This document shows positions 48,779-50,478 of a stretch of 50,478 nucleotides of DNA, in pieces. The stretch is from an uncultured bacterium (lineage in GTDB: Bacteria; Verrucomicrobiota; Verrucomicrobiia; Verrucomicrobiales; DEV007): the NCBI GenBank assembly GCA_963977015.1, contig CAXBMO010000035.1, forward strand, positions 1 through 50,478, given 5' to 3'. Positions within the stretch are counted from its first letter, which is position 1. The number at the start of each line of letters is the position of its first letter. The translations under genes and the position numbers were made by a program. The notes under the pieces are model-generated. The model was given only the letters and a program-made list of their open reading frames with translations, was not told where the DNA came from and did no database searches.

Positions 48779-50158
48779 ATGAAACGTAGTCCTTTCACCC
48801 GCCGCAAATTTCTCAACCGACTCTCGCTCGGGGCCAGCGCGCCGATTCTCACGCCACTGCTCGACCGCGTCGTGCTCGGCGCCGAGGGCAAAACCGCGCC
48901 GACCCGATTTCTCTTTGTCGTCGAGGGCAACAGCGTGCCACCGCTTCAGGTTTGTCCCGAGGGCATTCCCTTCGTAGAGCGCGAAAAACGGAACGGATTT
49001 GTCGAGCATTCACTCGATGGCACCACACTACCCACCGCGCTCAAGCCGGTCGAGGAGTTTCGCGACCAACTCACGATCGTGCAGGGACTTTCCGGGCGGA
49101 TGTGCTCCGGAGGGCACTCCAGCGACCACGGTGCGCTTGGGGCCTACCACGCCAACCAGGGCCGCAACATTCAGGCTCCGACGGTCGATGCGGTGCTCGG
49201 ACAGGCTCATTCTGGCATTTTTGAAAACGTCGTCCTCGGCATCTCCAGCGATGGGAACAAAGTCGTCGATTTTAACTGTTCCGCTTCCGCGCGCGGTCGC
49301 AGCATCGCCACCATCTGTCATCCCGACGTCGCCTACACCAGACTGTTCGGGAGTGTCGCAGAAGGCGAAGCCCGTGCCTCCTTCAAGGCGCGACGCAACC
49401 TGCTCGACTACATGAGCAACGACATCAAACGCGCCCGAAAAGAACTCGGTTCGGTTGAGAAGGAAAAAATGGATCTTTATCTAACCTCCTTCGAAACTCT
49501 CGATCGCACGTCGAAACGACTCATCGAAGAGCGCGACGCCCTGAAGAAAGTCGTCCCAGATCTGACCGATAAATATTCGTCAAAGGTCGAGACCGATCGG
49601 CTCGACGCCCATTTCGAACTCGCCACCGCCTCCCTCATCGGTGGGCTCACCAATGTGGCGACGATTTCTTCCGGTGTCGGGTTTCCCAATTTTGCCGTTA
49701 CCTTCAGCGGCCTCGGGATTACGGAGAACAAGCACCGCATCGGTCACGCGCTCTACCTCGAAGACGACCGTCAGGGCTGGGAGTGGTCCGAGCAGATCCG
49801 CGCCTACCATTTCGAGCTTATCGCCCGGACGATGAAAAGGCTGCGGTCCATGCCAGAAGGCAACGGAACGATGCTCGACAATACGGTGGTCGTCTACCTG
49901 TCCGACGGCGCCGAAACCCACCATAGCCGCTGTTTCGAATGGCCCTACGTCGTTCTCGGCACCGGCAATGGCCGCATCAAGCCGGGCGGGCGCTATCTCC
50001 AGTATGGCGACTACGGAGCCGACGGGCATCGCACCATCAACGCGATGCACAACACCCTGCTCCACGCCGGCGGCATCGCACGCGACGACTTCGGCCACCT
50101 CGATCCGAATCTCGACGAGTCGATGCATCGCGGACCGTTGAGTGAGATGATCTCTTGA
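48779..50158 (+). CDS. DUF1552 family protein, Tat-exported
   Basis: TRRKFL, PTRFLFVVEGN, LTIVQGLSG, GGHS, EKEKMDLYL, PEGNGTMLDNTVVVYLSDGAETHHS. Confidence 0.9.
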   Translation: MKRSPFTRRKFLNRLSLGASAPILTPLLDRVVLGAEGKTAPTRFLFVVEGNSVPPLQVCPEGIPFVEREKRNGFVEHSLDGTTLPTALKPVEEFRDQLTIVQGLSGRMCSGGHSSDHGALGAYHANQGRNIQAPTVDAVLGQAHSGIFENVVLGISSDGNKVVDFNCSASARGRSIATICHPDVAYTRLFGSVAEGEARASFKARRNLLDYMSNDIKRARKELGSVEKEKMDLYLTSFETLDRTSKRLIEERDALKKVVPDLTDKYSSKVETDRLDAHFELATASLIGGLTNVATISSGVGFPNFAVTFSGLGITENKHRIGHALYLEDDRQGWEWSEQIRAYHFELIARTMKRLRSMPEGNGTMLDNTVVVYLSDGAETHHSRCFEWPYVVLGTGNGRIKPGGRYLQYGDYGADGHRTINAMHNTLLHAGGIARDDFGHLDPNLDESMHRGPLSEMIS

Positions 50159-50403
50159 TGGGGAGCTGCACCCTCAGCGTATCCGGCTTCTGAGATCGAG
50201 GAAAGGTGCGGCAATTCGGGGGCGTTTGAAAATGATGGGACCTCGATGAACGCTCTTGCCTTTCACCTTGCGATGCGCATAGTACGGGTCCGTCGATCTG
50301 TGGGTCTCCCTTGCTCAAGCTCCCAACACTCGGGGTTCAAAAACGATAGACAAGCAAATTTCGATACCGCAAAGATCGGCGTAAGTGATTGAGCACCAAG
50401 AAA

Positions 50404-50477
50404 CGGGGTGTAGCGCAGTTTGGTAGCGCGCGTCGTTCGGGACGACGAGGTCGCAGGTTCGAATCCTGTCACCCCGA
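50404..50477 (+). tRNA. tRNA-Pro (CGG)
   Basis: Acceptor CGGGGTG/CACCCCG, D-arm GCGC-AGTTTGGTA-GCGC, anticodon arm CGTCG-TTCGGGA-CGACG, T-arm GCAGG-TTCGAAT-CCTGT, discriminator A. The window ends one base later. Confidence 0.98.
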
Positions 50478-50478
50478 C

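Noticed and set aside
1-50478. CRISPR array, integron integrase, transposase, prophage, rRNA, TonB/SusC receptor
   Set aside because: No regularly spaced repeats or recognisable motifs for any of these were seen.

Overview
A ~50 kb GC-rich accessory region from a PVC-superphylum bacterium. The gene families suggest Verrucomicrobiota or Planctomycetota; this is an inference. Catabolic genes: five intact Cys-type (CxPxR) sulfatases, a chondroitinase-ABC-like PL8 lyase, xylA with a divergent XylR-type regulator, an SDR/AraC pair, a peroxiredoxin-like protein, a ceramidase-like metallohydrolase and an alpha/beta hydrolase. The dominant structure is six diheme (2x CxxCH) 'Planctomycete cytochrome c' proteins (4 DUF1549/DUF1553, 2 DUF1588/DUF1592) matched 1:1 by six Tat-exported partners (4 DUF1501, 2 DUF1552). 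Two of these clusters lie directly behind ECF sigma/FecR-like anti-sigma pairs, and I see no TonB-dependent or SusC/D transporter in the window. Features missed by the ORF track: (i) a solitary integron gene cassette (Imm33-like gene plus a 59-bp attC, with a matching GTTCGCT core at its 5' end and no integrase in the window); (ii) a ~205-bp nested palindromic element that reads in frame through the 5' end of a DUF1592 ORF; (iii) decayed remnants of a second PL8 lyase and a sixth sulfatase. The window ends at the 3' end of a tRNA-Pro(CGG). All family calls come from motif recognition by eye; no database search was run.
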